A DNA stretch of 64,000 nt, from NCBI GenBank assembly GCA_001724265.1, contig MEDY01000077.1, positions 1 to 64,000 of the forward strand, given 5' to 3'. Below, piece after piece: positions 1 through 11,085 of the stretch; position 1 is the first letter of the stretch; every line of letters starts with the position of its first letter. The notes under the pieces are model-generated. The model ran no database searches. It was not told the origin of the DNA and worked only from the letters and a program-made list of their open reading frames with translations. The position numbers were made by a program, and so were the translations under genes. Origin of the DNA: Rhizaria sp. SCN 62-66. Taxonomy: Eukaryota.

Positions 1-653
1 CTGGCCGGAGGCGCGGACACCGGAGTCACCGATGATACCAATGGCGAGGCCGGCAGCGAGGGAAGAGAGACCACAGGCGAGGCCGGCAGCAAGGTGAGCA
101 TAACCGTTGTAGAGGGCGTAGTTGGTGTCGGAGATGTTCTGGACGATAATGACGGAAATAATGAGGCCGTAGATACCGAGGATACCAGCCATGACGACGG
201 GAATGATGTTCTTCATGACAGCATCAGGGTTGGTGACACCCATCGAGGCAACACCGACGGAGGACTTGGCAGTGCCGTAAGCAGAACCAAGGTCTAAATG
301 ACAAAGCCAGAAAGCAAAGCGAGGGAAAATAACGTGAGGAAAGGGGATTGACACAAGAAAGTCCGGAGCGGCGAGCAGCAGTCCCGAGTGCGAGAAAGTG
401 ACACAAATGAAGTAGGTATTCGACAAATGCAGTATTGCAAGAAATAAAACGCAATTATGCGTCGTATGGGCATGACTAACATGCGAGGACACCTCACAAA
501 AAAAGTGTAATACCGGAATTGAGCGATGGAAGCCCGAGCTGTGTGTGTGAGGAACGTACTGGAGAAGACAAGGGCGCAGGAGACGCCGATGAAGCCGAAG
601 AAAGCGGCAGACTCGGAGCACGCGAAGGCGGCAAAGACGGGGGCAAGGGCCAT
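1..653 (-). CDS. ATP6V0C: V-type H+-ATPase 16 kDa proteolipid subunit c (3' end outside window); exons 653-560 and 293-<1
   Basis: Manual splice (GTACGT..TTTAG intron 559-294) gives [77 protein letters not shown]...[32 protein letters not shown], the canonical VMA3/c-subunit sequence. Confidence 0.96.
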
Positions 654-1639
654 AGTCAAAGTCTACTCGAATGCAACGTTGTGGGAACGAAAGACGAACA
701 AATAGTGAGTGTGGGGGTGAGCAGGGGAAGCTAGGTGGATAGCATGTATGAGCTAGTGCTCGTTTTGGACACAAAGCTGATTCGTTAGAGTTGCGACAAA
801 ATAAATACGTAGAAAGCACTGTGATCACACTAAATAAAGTGACCACACATTGTGGGCACGTTCTGATCGCAGCAAAAATGCACTTTACGAGGGGCAATCT
901 CTGGGGCCAACCGCGAAGACGGGGCGCGAGGTAAACACCGTTTGCAGTAGTTTTCCCCGCACCAAGAGCGAACCTCCATTGAACCAAAAGTTCCCTCTCG
1001 CAAGAAACTCCCGGTTATAAAGACAACATTGCACGGTTCGCGAGCCAGCGCGCAAGGTACAAGAATTTGATCCGTACCAAGCGTCATCTGGTTGGTTGGC
1101 TTCTCTCGCTCGCTGCTAGTCGCTCTTTGCTCACGGTCACTTGCTCACAGTCATCCGCCTGTGACAGTAGTCGAACCCTTAATTTCAACCATTATAACAC
1201 AATTTCAAGCTACTTGACAAACTTCAATGAGTTTAAATCCCGGGCATATCATATATCATTCAGTACTGTATCCATACGCAGATTAATCAGCGGGTATCAC
1301 TGTATTATCATCGTTTTGTTGCGTCATTCTTACCAGAACACAAACAACGATTCAACCTACGAAAGGTCTCAAAAGAGACAAGCAAACACACAGAACAGAT
1401 GAAAACAAACGGCCGCCTAAATCAGGCTGTAGCAACACAGTAGCCATTCCCAAAAATATTCAAAATAAGCTCCATCGATATAACAATAACGCCCATAGTC
1501 CAACCATCGACACCACAGTAATTTATAGCATACACACATGACTCAAGAGGAATAACCTGACCAGCCCTGAGTCATGCTCAATCCTCCAGCCCTTTCTTTC
1601 TTAATTCAACGCAATTTGGTGTCAGATCTAACCGACCAA

Positions 1640-4600
1640 TTACTCGTTGAGTGGCGCGAACGTGTCTTTGTTGAGCGCCAGGTGCGTCGGCAGCGGCGGC
1701 GGGACGCGGCTGCTGGAGGCGGCCGACGACAGCCCGGACGTCGGCGGCGGCGGCGGCGGCGGCGGCACGCGCAGCGAGTTGCCGGGCGTCGCCGCGCTGG
1801 CGCTGGCGGCCGCGGCGGGCGGAGGCGGCGGCGGGATTGATGCTGTGGAGGGGCGGCGTTCTGAGCTGACACTGGGACTAGGAACGCCGAGACCGAGGAT
1901 GTCACTGACGTTGCCGCCGCTGCCGCTGCTGCCGCTGCTAAGGTTCTGCTGCTGTTGTTGCGCGGACATCGGCGGCGGGGGCGCGCGGCGCGCACCACTG
2001 ATGATGATGTTGTTGCTACTGTTAGCACTGCTGCTTGCACCGAGCATCGGCGGGGGACCAGTCGCGGTCGGCGGCTTAACTTGCTGCGCAGCGCCGCCTC
2101 CATTGGCGAACATGGCCAGACCACCTGCGGCGCCGATATTCACCGCACCATTAGCAGGACCGTTGCTGCTGTTAAGCATGGTCGCGGCGGCGGGCGGCGT
2201 CGCGGCAGCCGCGGCGAGCACGGCCTGCGCGCGCGCGCCGCCGAGCGCGACGATGAGCGAGGCGGTGAGCTTCGTCTCGTGCTTCGAGTTTGACAGCAGC
2301 TCCATCGGGTCCTCGCTGGGGCAGCGGAAGAACGATGGCGCGAAGACGATCGCCAAGTTGTCGAATGTCATGCGGTTGATGCGGTGGTTCTCCGCGATGT
2401 CGACGCACAGCTCGGCGACGATGCGCATCACACGTTGCGCCAGCGGGTCGAGCTTCCCGAAAACCGAGTCGAGGATCTTGTCAGCCGGGACGAGCGGCTG
2501 CGAGCTGCTCTTGGCAACGGCGATGGCGTCGGGGTAGACCTCAGGAGCGACGAGGGCCTCGGAGAGGTCGCGGAGCCACTCTTTAAGTAAAGCCGCGGGC
2601 GCGTGCGGGGAGGTGGATGTGACTGTGTAGACACCAGAGTCGAAGGCCTTGCGCATGGCGGCCAGCTCGGTGTGGTTGTGAGAGATACGGAAGATGCCTT
2701 CGGTGTTGAGGCCGTTGAGGTCCTTGACGGCGGTCACCAGGGTGATCAGGATGCGCGGCACAGGCAGGTCGGGGAACTCCTTCTCCTATAGATTCGCCAG
2801 AAAGATAAGATAACAACATTAAGTAATACATACATTGAGAATTATTCATGTAACACACAAACAACAACAATGAAAGATCGATATGAAACAATACAAAACA
2901 AGATATCATTTGAAGGGATCTGGCTTCTTTTGGTTCCTAACAAGTAAACATGATGTACCTGGTTGCTCATAATGCGGTCGAGCGAGTTCTTAAACACGGC
3001 CTTAGGATTGCTCTCAAGCTTGCCCGCCTTCAGGTCCTCCGGCGTGCACGGCAGCAGGTACGGGATCGAGTGAAACGGCGCCGGGTCACCGTTCATAGCC
3101 AGCCAGTCCTCGACGAACGAGGCGAGGTTCTCATCCGCGTCCAGGTTCTTGGTCGACGTGGCGAGGTTGCACACGTGGGTCCACATCGGCGACTGCGCCG
3201 TGTAGTAGATCCGATGCAGACGCACGAGGCCCTTCTTGGACATCTTAAGGCGCTGCACTTCAAGTTCTTGAAGTCCGTCAAACACGCGCGGGAGATCCAC
3301 CTCGATGTACCGCTGCAGACGCGCGTTGGCGGTCTTGACGGCGTCCTGGTACTGCTTCGCGCTCACGGCAAGCGTCTCCATCAGCTTCTTGGGGTCACCC
3401 GCGGCCACAACGGCAATCTTGTTCTTGAACTTGTTGAACCACCGACTCGCCTTTGCGCCCGCAGCCGCGACGCCGCTCTGCTCACCGCTGGCGGGCGACA
3501 CGGGCCCGTCGTCGTCGCCGCCGCCGACAGAAGAGGACCGCTCGCGCTCAGACGTCGCGAATTTAAGCTGCTCGTACAGCTTCAGGCACTCCTTCTGGTG
3601 CTTAATGACAACAGAGCGCGTGCTGGCCATCTCTTTGGACAGCTTGTGCTCCTCTTGCAGCAGCGAGCGGAGCCGCAGGTCCGCGTTAGTGAAGAACTCG
3701 GTCAGCGGGCCCAGCACGTTGATGTTGATCGAGTCCGAGATGAGCTTGTGCTGGTCGGCCATCAGACTGAAGATACTGTTGCTCACGCTGAAGGCGCGCA
3801 CGTGTTCGCTGACGCCGTCGGAGCTCATCTTGTCGTGCTTCTCGTGCTCGTGCTGCAACGCCTTTTGCAGGCCGCGGTAATGCTCGTCTTCGAGAGCGAC
3901 GAGCTTGCGAGCGACGGCGATCTGGCGCTTGATCGAGTAGATGCCGGCCTCAACCTACAATGAAACAAAGCAACACATTTACATATATCCAAACACGCAT
4001 TAGTCGTAGAATAAGATGGTGATATCATGTCATGTTTGCACAGCGAGTAATTAGCTTTGATAGTTTCAGACTTCCAAGAGGTGCACATCTTGGAGCTTGC
4101 ATATCTTGTTCGTTTGTGGTGAGAGAGCGATACATACCTGGCGGGTAACCGCCTCAAGGTTGTTGTACATAGCCGTGGCAAACGTGGGCTTGTCAGCAGC
4201 AGCCGCGGCGGCCGCAGCAGCCGCAGCAGCGGTGGCAGCAGCCGCAGCGGCAGCGTGCTGCGACAGAGAGTGCCCATCCTTCGAGTTGGCGCTCGTGCTG
4301 TTCATGTTGTTGCTGTGGCCGTGGCCGTCGTTGCCGGCGGGCGGCGGCGGCGGGGGCGGCGGGAACGAGTCATCGCCACTCGCAGAAACAGGCACGCCCG
4401 CGGCGGCGGCCGCGGAGGGTGACAGCGCGAGGCTCGGGGGACCGGCGCCGTTGGCGACAGCGGCGGCGCGGGCGGCGGCAAGCGTCGGAGACATGCCAGA
4501 GGACGGAATAACGGAGCGACGCTTGTTAGTGTTCTGGCGGAGCGTGCCGTCGGCAGCAAAAAACGAGTTGCTGCTGAACATGTCGTTCTTGACACTGTCG

Positions 4601-4683
4601 CCACCGTCGTCGTCAGAGTCACTGTCGAAAGCGCCGTTGGGCGGGTTGATCGCCCCGGGAGGAGGCGGCGGGTAGGCTTCCAT
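1640..4683 (-). CDS. F-BAR/FCH-like coiled coil plus RhoGAP protein with Pro-rich termini, ~895 aa; exons 4683-4138, 3954-2959, 2785-1640; stop TAA
   Basis: RhoGAP motifs LPVPRIL, GLNTEGIFRIS (arginine finger), ALLKEWLRDL and NRMTFDNLAIVFAPS. The middle exon is helical and F-BAR-like (LVALEDEHYRGLQK...DLPRVFDGLQELEVQRL). Both introns are GT-AG and phase-compatible. Confidence 0.88.
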
Positions 4684-5143
4684 GGGCGGTGCGCGCAAGG
4701 CAGAAACGCCCGGAGAGCGCTGATGCAGTTGCGGAGGCAGTGGGAGAGCAGGACAGGGAAGATATGACGAGAAGACAGGAGCGCGCACGTACGGGACCAG
4801 GATGAGCAGTTGCACGCGATATAGAGCGCGTTAAATTCCGCGAAGCTCAATGAAGAGATAATATTTTGATACAAAAGACGAAATAAATCAAGGATATACA
4901 CAATTTGAATCGTTTGACGATGTGGTTTGCGCAATGCAAGCGTTGATACAAACCGCTCGTTGATGTGCCACCAAATAGGAGGCCTGCTTTTTTTTAGCCC
5001 AGCCCCGCCCACAGTCCCTCAACTTACGCCGCGCATATCTCGCTGGTTTGATCGCCAAACTTGCTACAACAAAGCATTCCGGATAATATTTGTGGTTAAA
5101 AATTTCGGTAGTTTGTATTTCTGTTAAAAAACTTCGTTTAGCC

Positions 5144-6826
5144 ATGCCGCCGCGTGATCGCTCTGACAGGCTCCGCGGCTCTCCCGCCGCCGCTGCCGCC
5201 GCCACTGGGACACCTTCCCGCGCAGCCCCGTCCAATACAGCAGCGCCTACCCCGCTTCGTGGCTCGATTAAAGATCACTACATTGATGTCAACGCGCTTG
5301 CTCCGTTTACCGGCCAGCTCATCATTCCTCCCGACGGTCAGTCCAAGGGCTCCACCGTACGCTTCCTCGCCGGCTCGCGCTTCTTCAACTCGGAGCACGG
5401 TAACGCGCTTGTTGCGTTCCCGAAGCCTCTGCTCGAGGAGGATAATGGCAAGGTTGTCGGTGGCGTCGACTACAACGCCAGTTCCGCCGCGTACGACGTT
5501 GATAAGGTACTCAAGGTCTACCCCACTGAGCGCTTCCCAGCTATACCACCTCTTCTCCCGACCTACGATTTAAATATGCCGATCAGCAGCCCGGCTGAAA
5601 CTGCAGCTGGGCCTCATGCAATTGACCCGCACCGCCCATGGCGTGCTGTGCAGGCTGCTGCGCGCGCAATTGAGCGCTCCTCTGCCGCCGCCGCGGCCGC
5701 TGCTGCCGCCGCTGCTCCTCGTTCTGAGCTAGTCTCCGATGTTATTGCGTCTACCAACGACGATGATGCTGCTAACGATGGCGATGGAAGCTCTGCGCGT
5801 GCCGCTGCTGTTCCGCTCCGTTGTGGTGTTCGGGTCCCCAAGCAAAGTATCGTCCCTGTTGCGTTTAACCGCATGAGCGGCATGCTTGAATGGAATAGCA
5901 CACTTGCGCTGTACATCAACATCGAGGAAGTGTCCAGCACCTACGAGTCGCAGTACGACAACGTCTTCGTTGTCGACAAGGCTAACAACGCCAACGCCGA
6001 CGCTGCTGACGCCACTGCAGGCGCTGCGGGCGTGAGTCTCCATGTGAGCGCCAGCGGCAACTCCGCCGGCAGCAACGTGTACTTGTCGTTTTTCGCGCAG
6101 CCATCTCACAATCGCACAAGCACGATGATCAAGCGGATCCTGACGCTGGAGCGCGACACGATCCTCGTCCCCAGTGAAGACGGAACCGGGTCCCTGGTTA
6201 CGGCCCCGCTCGAGGGCGCGCTGGGCGGGATGTTAAGCCGCGTGAAACAGACCGAGGCGGCGGCGAAGCTGTGGGTGGAGGCGAAGGAGCGGGCTGACAG
6301 GGTCAAGGCGAAACGTGCCAAGAGGGCAAAGGCCAAGGCCAGGGTGAAGGCCAACAGGGTTAAGAAGCAGCAACAAAAGGAGCAACAACAGCGGCAGCGG
6401 CAGCAGAGCTCATCTGGACTTGTGAGTGAGGTTGCTGATCTCAACAGTTACGATGGCAACGATGCTAATGACGACAGCGACAACGTTGACGTTTATGGCG
6501 ACGACGACAACACTGGCGATGATGTGAGTGAGCACAGTGAAGACTATGACGATGATGGCGATGACCATGTCGAGTTATTGGACAGCATTGTGCTGTTTTG
6601 CCGCTTAACTAACGGCTATTACCGCTACTACGGCCGTTTGCGGCTCCTGGCTGTCGCCGGCCTCTACCCCGAGGCACCCATGGGTGACAAGGGACGCGTG
6701 CGTCTCGCGTTCCAACTCATCGATGTTGACGCGCTGGGTCCGCTGTGGGAGGAAGTAGCGCGGCTGCCGGCGGAGCGCAAGCCGCGCGGGCTGTGCGAAT
6801 TCAACATTAACAATAACAACGAGTGA
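5144..6826 (+). CDS. Uncharacterised 560-aa protein with a split DUF3427-like (PUA/SRA-type) domain; stop TGA
   Basis: Long uninterrupted ORF flanked by AT-rich DNA. Blocks FNRMSGMLEWNSTLALYINI, YDNVF, SFFAQ, IVLFCRL..YYRYYGRL and LAFQLID resemble DUF3427-type domains from memory. The gene is clear; the domain call is tentative. Confidence 0.6.
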   Translation: MPPRDRSDRLRGSPAAAAAATGTPSRAAPSNTAAPTPLRGSIKDHYIDVNALAPFTGQLIIPPDGQSKGSTVRFLAGSRFFNSEHGNALVAFPKPLLEEDNGKVVGGVDYNASSAAYDVDKVLKVYPTERFPAIPPLLPTYDLNMPISSPAETAAGPHAIDPHRPWRAVQAAARAIERSSAAAAAAAAAAAPRSELVSDVIASTNDDDAANDGDGSSARAAAVPLRCGVRVPKQSIVPVAFNRMSGMLEWNSTLALYINIEEVSSTYESQYDNVFVVDKANNANADAADATAGAAGVSLHVSASGNSAGSNVYLSFFAQPSHNRTSTMIKRILTLERDTILVPSEDGTGSLVTAPLEGALGGMLSRVKQTEAAAKLWVEAKERADRVKAKRAKRAKAKARVKANRVKKQQQKEQQQRQRQQSSSGLVSEVADLNSYDGNDANDDSDNVDVYGDDDNTGDDVSEHSEDYDDDGDDHVELLDSIVLFCRLTNGYYRYYGRLRLLAVAGLYPEAPMGDKGRVRLAFQLIDVDALGPLWEEVARLPAERKPRGLCEFNINNNNE

Positions 6827-7296
6827 GCAATTGTGGCATCGAGGAAGATCAAGCCGAAATCTTGCAGGCCTGCCAACTGAAATATGACTGATACATAGTA
6901 TATATGATATGTACTACCAATAAACCGTGCTTTTACTTCAAAATACTGCAATATTCAAGTGTGGTATCCATTATTGCTCCGATAACAAATAGAAGAGGGC
7001 ATGATTTGCATGGACCGAAAAAATGGGTTCGGTCAGCGATTCTGGTTCTTTGTCCAACTTTGAGCCGTACGCACATGCTCTGCACTTTGCCGATTTCTCC
7101 ACAGTTTATCGGTGTATATCATAATAGTGGATATGCTAGAGCCTTTGAATGTATGATCTGTCTATAAATTGAATCTTTTTTTGTGTGACCTTGATCTACC
7201 CTTGTATCTGCATCCTTCCTTGCCCTCACTCACCCCAACGTTCTTCCTCGCCTGCCCACTCTCGGTTCTCGCCCCACAGCCCGCAGCGTCTCTGCC

Positions 7297-9282
7297 ATGA
7301 AGCGCCGCGCTCCCACCGACAAGGCCCCCGCGTCGACTCCCGCCGCGTCGGTCGACTCGGACGACGACGACGACCTCGGCGAACTCGCCGTCGCCGGCTC
7401 CTCCAAGAAGTCCAAGCTCAAGTCCGCCCGCGCAGCGCGCGAGACTGCCGCCGAGGCCGAGGACGCCGATGCCGACAAGGCCAAGGAGGAGACTCCCGAC
7501 GAGATCCGCGTGCGTCTTGCGCGCCAGTACCTCGAGTCACTCGGCATCGACAAGGACGGCGGCTCGGGCGACGACAACGACGACGAGGTCAACGGCATCA
7601 ACAGCAGCGACGACGACGAGTACGGCAACGACGCCGTCGGCCAGGAGCTCCGCCGCCGCGCGCAGCGTGCCCGCGGCAAGGAGCACCGCCGCGCCCTTGT
7701 GCCCCAAATGCTTGAGCGCGCTGTGAAGCTCGCCCCCACGCTGCCCGCGCTGCCCCCGCAGCCGCCTGTGCAAAGCACGGCCGCTGCGCTCACCTCATCC
7801 TCTTCCTCGTCGAGCTCTTCCAGCTACAACACGAGTTACGAGGCAATCACCTCCGCCGCCGCCGCCGCTGCACACGCCTACGCGCACCGCTCGTTCGGCC
7901 CCGTGTCGAACCTGTTCTCGAGCGCTGACGTGCGCATCATGCGCGGCCACCGCCTGCCGCCCACCTGCCTCGCGCTGGAAGAGGACGACTCGACTGTCTA
8001 CAGCGCCTCCAAGGACAGCTCGATCCTGCGCTTCGACGTTGAGACGGGCGCACGCACGCTGTTCAACGCAGGCGCGCAGGCGCACCGCAAGCTCACCGGG
8101 CTCAGCGTCAAGAAATGTCCCGGCCACAACGGTGAAGTCTCGTCCATGTCCCTGTCTTCCGACGGGCTGTACCTCGCGACCGGCGGCAAGGACGGCACGG
8201 TGCGCATCTGGGACACGCGCTCGCAGCAGCAGGTCGAGGTGTTTCATGAGCACCGTGACGCAGTCTCCTCGGTCGCGTTCCGCCGCGACTCGCTGGCCCT
8301 CTATTCGGGCTCTTACGACCGCACGGTCAACGTGTACAACATCGAACAGATGGCCTTCGTGGAGCCGCTCTACGGCCACCAGTCGCCCGTCACGGCGCTC
8401 ACGGCGCTGTACCAGGAGCGCGCTTACTCCGTGGGTGAAGACCGCACGATGCGTGTGTGGAAGGTGGCCCAGGAGTCGCAGCTGCTCTTCCGCGCGCCCG
8501 CGCAGACCATCTCGCTCGACGCCATCGCCGCACTGGCACCCGACACCGTCATCACGGGCTCCGAGGACGGCACGCTGTCGCTCTGGCACACGGGCAAGCG
8601 CCGGCCCTGCGACAACAAACGCAACGCGCACGGCGAGCGCAACTGGATCTCCTCCGTCGCGGCCCTCTACCCGACCGACCTCGTCGCCTCGGGGTCCTGC
8701 GACGGGTTCGTCCGGTTCTGGCAGTCGTCGCTGCACACGGGCAGCCCCGTGCTGACGCCGGCCTTCGCCGTCCCCGTCACGGGCTGGGTCAACGGGCTCG
8801 CCATCGGCCGCGAGGGCCGCTTCGCCGTGGCTGCGGTGGGGCAGGAGCACCGTCTGGGTCGCTGGTCGCGCATTCCCGAGGCGCGCTGCGGCGTGCACGT
8901 GCTTGACCTCAGCAAGATCGCCGAGGAGACCGGCGCCGGCTCGAGCTACGTCACTGGCACTGGGAAGCTGCTGGGTGCGGAGGAGGACGGAGAGGGCAGT
9001 GACCGTGAGCTGCTCGATGACAGCGACAAGGAGGACGACGACGACGCCGCCGCCGCTGCGCTCAAGCGCGGGCTCGCCGCCGCCACCGACAGCGATGACG
9101 ACGGCGCTGCCGCTCCTGCTGCTCCTGTGAAGGGCAAGAAGGGCGCTGCCGCTGCCGATGCCAAGCTCAAGCCTACGAAGGCCAAGGCGGGGGGCAAGAA
9201 GGGCTCTCGCGCCGCGGTTGACTTGGACGACGACGAGGCGTTCTTTGTCGCCGAGGAGCAGTTTGACGACGATGAGAATTGA
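7297..9282 (+). CDS. RRP9: U3 snoRNP WD40 protein RRP9 / U3-55K, intronless; stop TGA
   Basis: ETPDEIRVRLARQYL N-terminal motif, WD40 repeats, LYGHQ, DRTMRVWKVAQESQLLF, WISSVAAL..TDLVASGS, and the diagnostic VGQEHRLGRW. Confidence 0.96.
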   Translation: MKRRAPTDKAPASTPAASVDSDDDDDLGELAVAGSSKKSKLKSARAARETAAEAEDADADKAKEETPDEIRVRLARQYLESLGIDKDGGSGDDNDDEVNGINSSDDDEYGNDAVGQELRRRAQRARGKEHRRALVPQMLERAVKLAPTLPALPPQPPVQSTAAALTSSSSSSSSSSYNTSYEAITSAAAAAAHAYAHRSFGPVSNLFSSADVRIMRGHRLPPTCLALEEDDSTVYSASKDSSILRFDVETGARTLFNAGAQAHRKLTGLSVKKCPGHNGEVSSMSLSSDGLYLATGGKDGTVRIWDTRSQQQVEVFHEHRDAVSSVAFRRDSLALYSGSYDRTVNVYNIEQMAFVEPLYGHQSPVTALTALYQERAYSVGEDRTMRVWKVAQESQLLFRAPAQTISLDAIAALAPDTVITGSEDGTLSLWHTGKRRPCDNKRNAHGERNWISSVAALYPTDLVASGSCDGFVRFWQSSLHTGSPVLTPAFAVPVTGWVNGLAIGREGRFAVAAVGQEHRLGRWSRIPEARCGVHVLDLSKIAEETGAGSSYVTGTGKLLGAEEDGEGSDRELLDDSDKEDDDDAAAAALKRGLAAATDSDDDGAAAPAAPVKGKKGAAAADAKLKPTKAKAGGKKGSRAAVDLDDDEAFFVAEEQFDDDEN

Positions 9283-9793
9283 GCTGCTGTGACCTAGTCC
9301 CATGTCCATTATTGTGAAATTGAGAGCGCCAGCTCGTGAGGGCCAATAGCTATATGACTGCATTTACTGATAATTGTAAAGGCCAACTGTATATTTGTTT
9401 GCCAAAATACAAAGTTACATTATTGATATATCTAATAATTAAGTTTGTTTGGTGTTGTTATAGTGAGATATCTCGAGATATGTTTACTTTTGTGCCTCTC
9501 TTTTCACCTGTCAGTGTCACTCTTGGTGGCACAGGACGATGAGGGAGTATGAAGGCAAGACAACTTCTTTACGAGAGTGTACCGCGACAATTTGGCCGTA
9601 AAACGAAATGCTGACCGTTATTCCCATTTTCCTGTACCGATTTTAGTATCTTCACGTTATTACACGTTTAATGAGTATCTATGTACTGCTGTACACAGTC
9701 TTTGCATTCGTTCCACTCACCTTGAAACCGTAACGACTCTCCCTTGACCACCCACTCCACCCTCTTGCTCCATCGATATCTTCTCCCACAGAA

Positions 9794-10401
9794 ATGGCGT
9801 TTGTCGACCACACGCAGCAGTACCGCCACGGCGTTCTTATTGGCAACTGGAACGAGGAGGAGTTCGGCCTCGAGCGTGCCGCCAATCCCGCCGCCGGCGC
9901 CACGGGCCTCCCCTCCCAGGAGCGCTTCAAGAGCGTTCAGAAGGCTTCCTACGTGCGCCCGGACACCGAGGCCCTCTACGCGGCCGCCGACGCGCGTGTA
10001 TCCGCGCCGGACTGCCGCAAGGGCGTTGGCGCTGGGCTGATCACGCAGGACGGCGTCCAGGGCTCGCAGTATTTCCAGTCGAGCTACGCCAAGTCGTGGG
10101 GACAAGGACAGGCCGGGACCATTAAGCCCGACTATACGCTCTCCAAGGTTACCGTACGTTTCACGAAGCATATAACTCGTACGCGTATACTATTTTCGAG
10201 CTGTCTTTTCTTTGTTTTATCTCAATTTGTTGACTTTATTATGTTGTTCTTGTTTTGATGATTTGAATGCGAGTGTAGACGACCAAGCTGGAGAAGATTG
10301 ACCTTATCCAGCTCGAGGAGAGCGAGCAGCGCGGCTGCTATCGCACCGAGGCCAGCGACAACTACAACGCGGCTGTTCTCAAGCCTCGTAACAACAAGTG
10401 A
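9794..10401 (+). CDS. Small ciliary microtubule-inner-protein-like protein with NWE motif (CFAP107/CFAP68/CFAP161-like), ~160 aa; exons 9794-10153, 10279-10401; stop TGA
   Basis: N-terminal YRHGVLIGNWNEE motif. The phase-0 intron GTACGT..GTAG (10154-10278) joins to a GC-rich exon TTKLEKIDL...YRTEASDNY...NNK*. The 3' end is slightly uncertain because the stop overlaps a GTGAGT. Confidence 0.68.
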
Positions 10402-11085
10402 GTGCTGCGTTAAAACTCGCAAAGGTGCTGTTAGCATCCTTGAGACTGTGATCATCAACTCGTCCAGGGCCACTGCAATCACGACTATGCACAACTAACT
10501 CGTCTTCTAAGTGTCACATTACGCATTTCTAACTTACGCGCGCTTGGGTAGTTACCTCTGAGTTGAGTAAACCGTTCCAGCTGTTTCTGTGCTGCGTTAT
10601 GTGATCTTTTCGTCCGTAACAACTTTGAAAAATATGAAAAAATACAAACACAACTTTCATGAACGTGGCCTCTGCTGATGTGGTATCTAGAAAATATCAA
10701 GCCCTATGTTATACACGAATTCGATACGCGAAAATGCTAGCTATGACCAGTAGACGCGTGTTTTATCGCGGAAGTTCGGGAGTTGGCTGACTCGAGCCAG
10801 CTTGTGGCGGCGGCAATAGTGTGGGACCGGTTCATCGTTTCATCGTTCCAGTCACCATCATGACCGTCAATATGCATGCGACCTTAGTAATGTATTTTTA
10901 GTGTTTTAATACATGTACACGTCTTATTATTTCTTTATTGTCATACAGATACGTACTGTATCAAGGCTGTAATCTCTCGACCTTCGGAGCCGTTGGCCCA
11001 CCTCGCGCTTTTCCCTCTGCGACTATAACTCAACTCACAAGCCTCCCTCTGCAACTTCATACGCATCATATCCATCCTTGCTTAG

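Noticed and set aside
7795-9363. Long antisense ORFs (also 1647-2537, 2950-3963, 12639-13583, 20079-21515)
   Set aside because: They are shadows of GC3-biased sense genes and carry no recognisable motifs.
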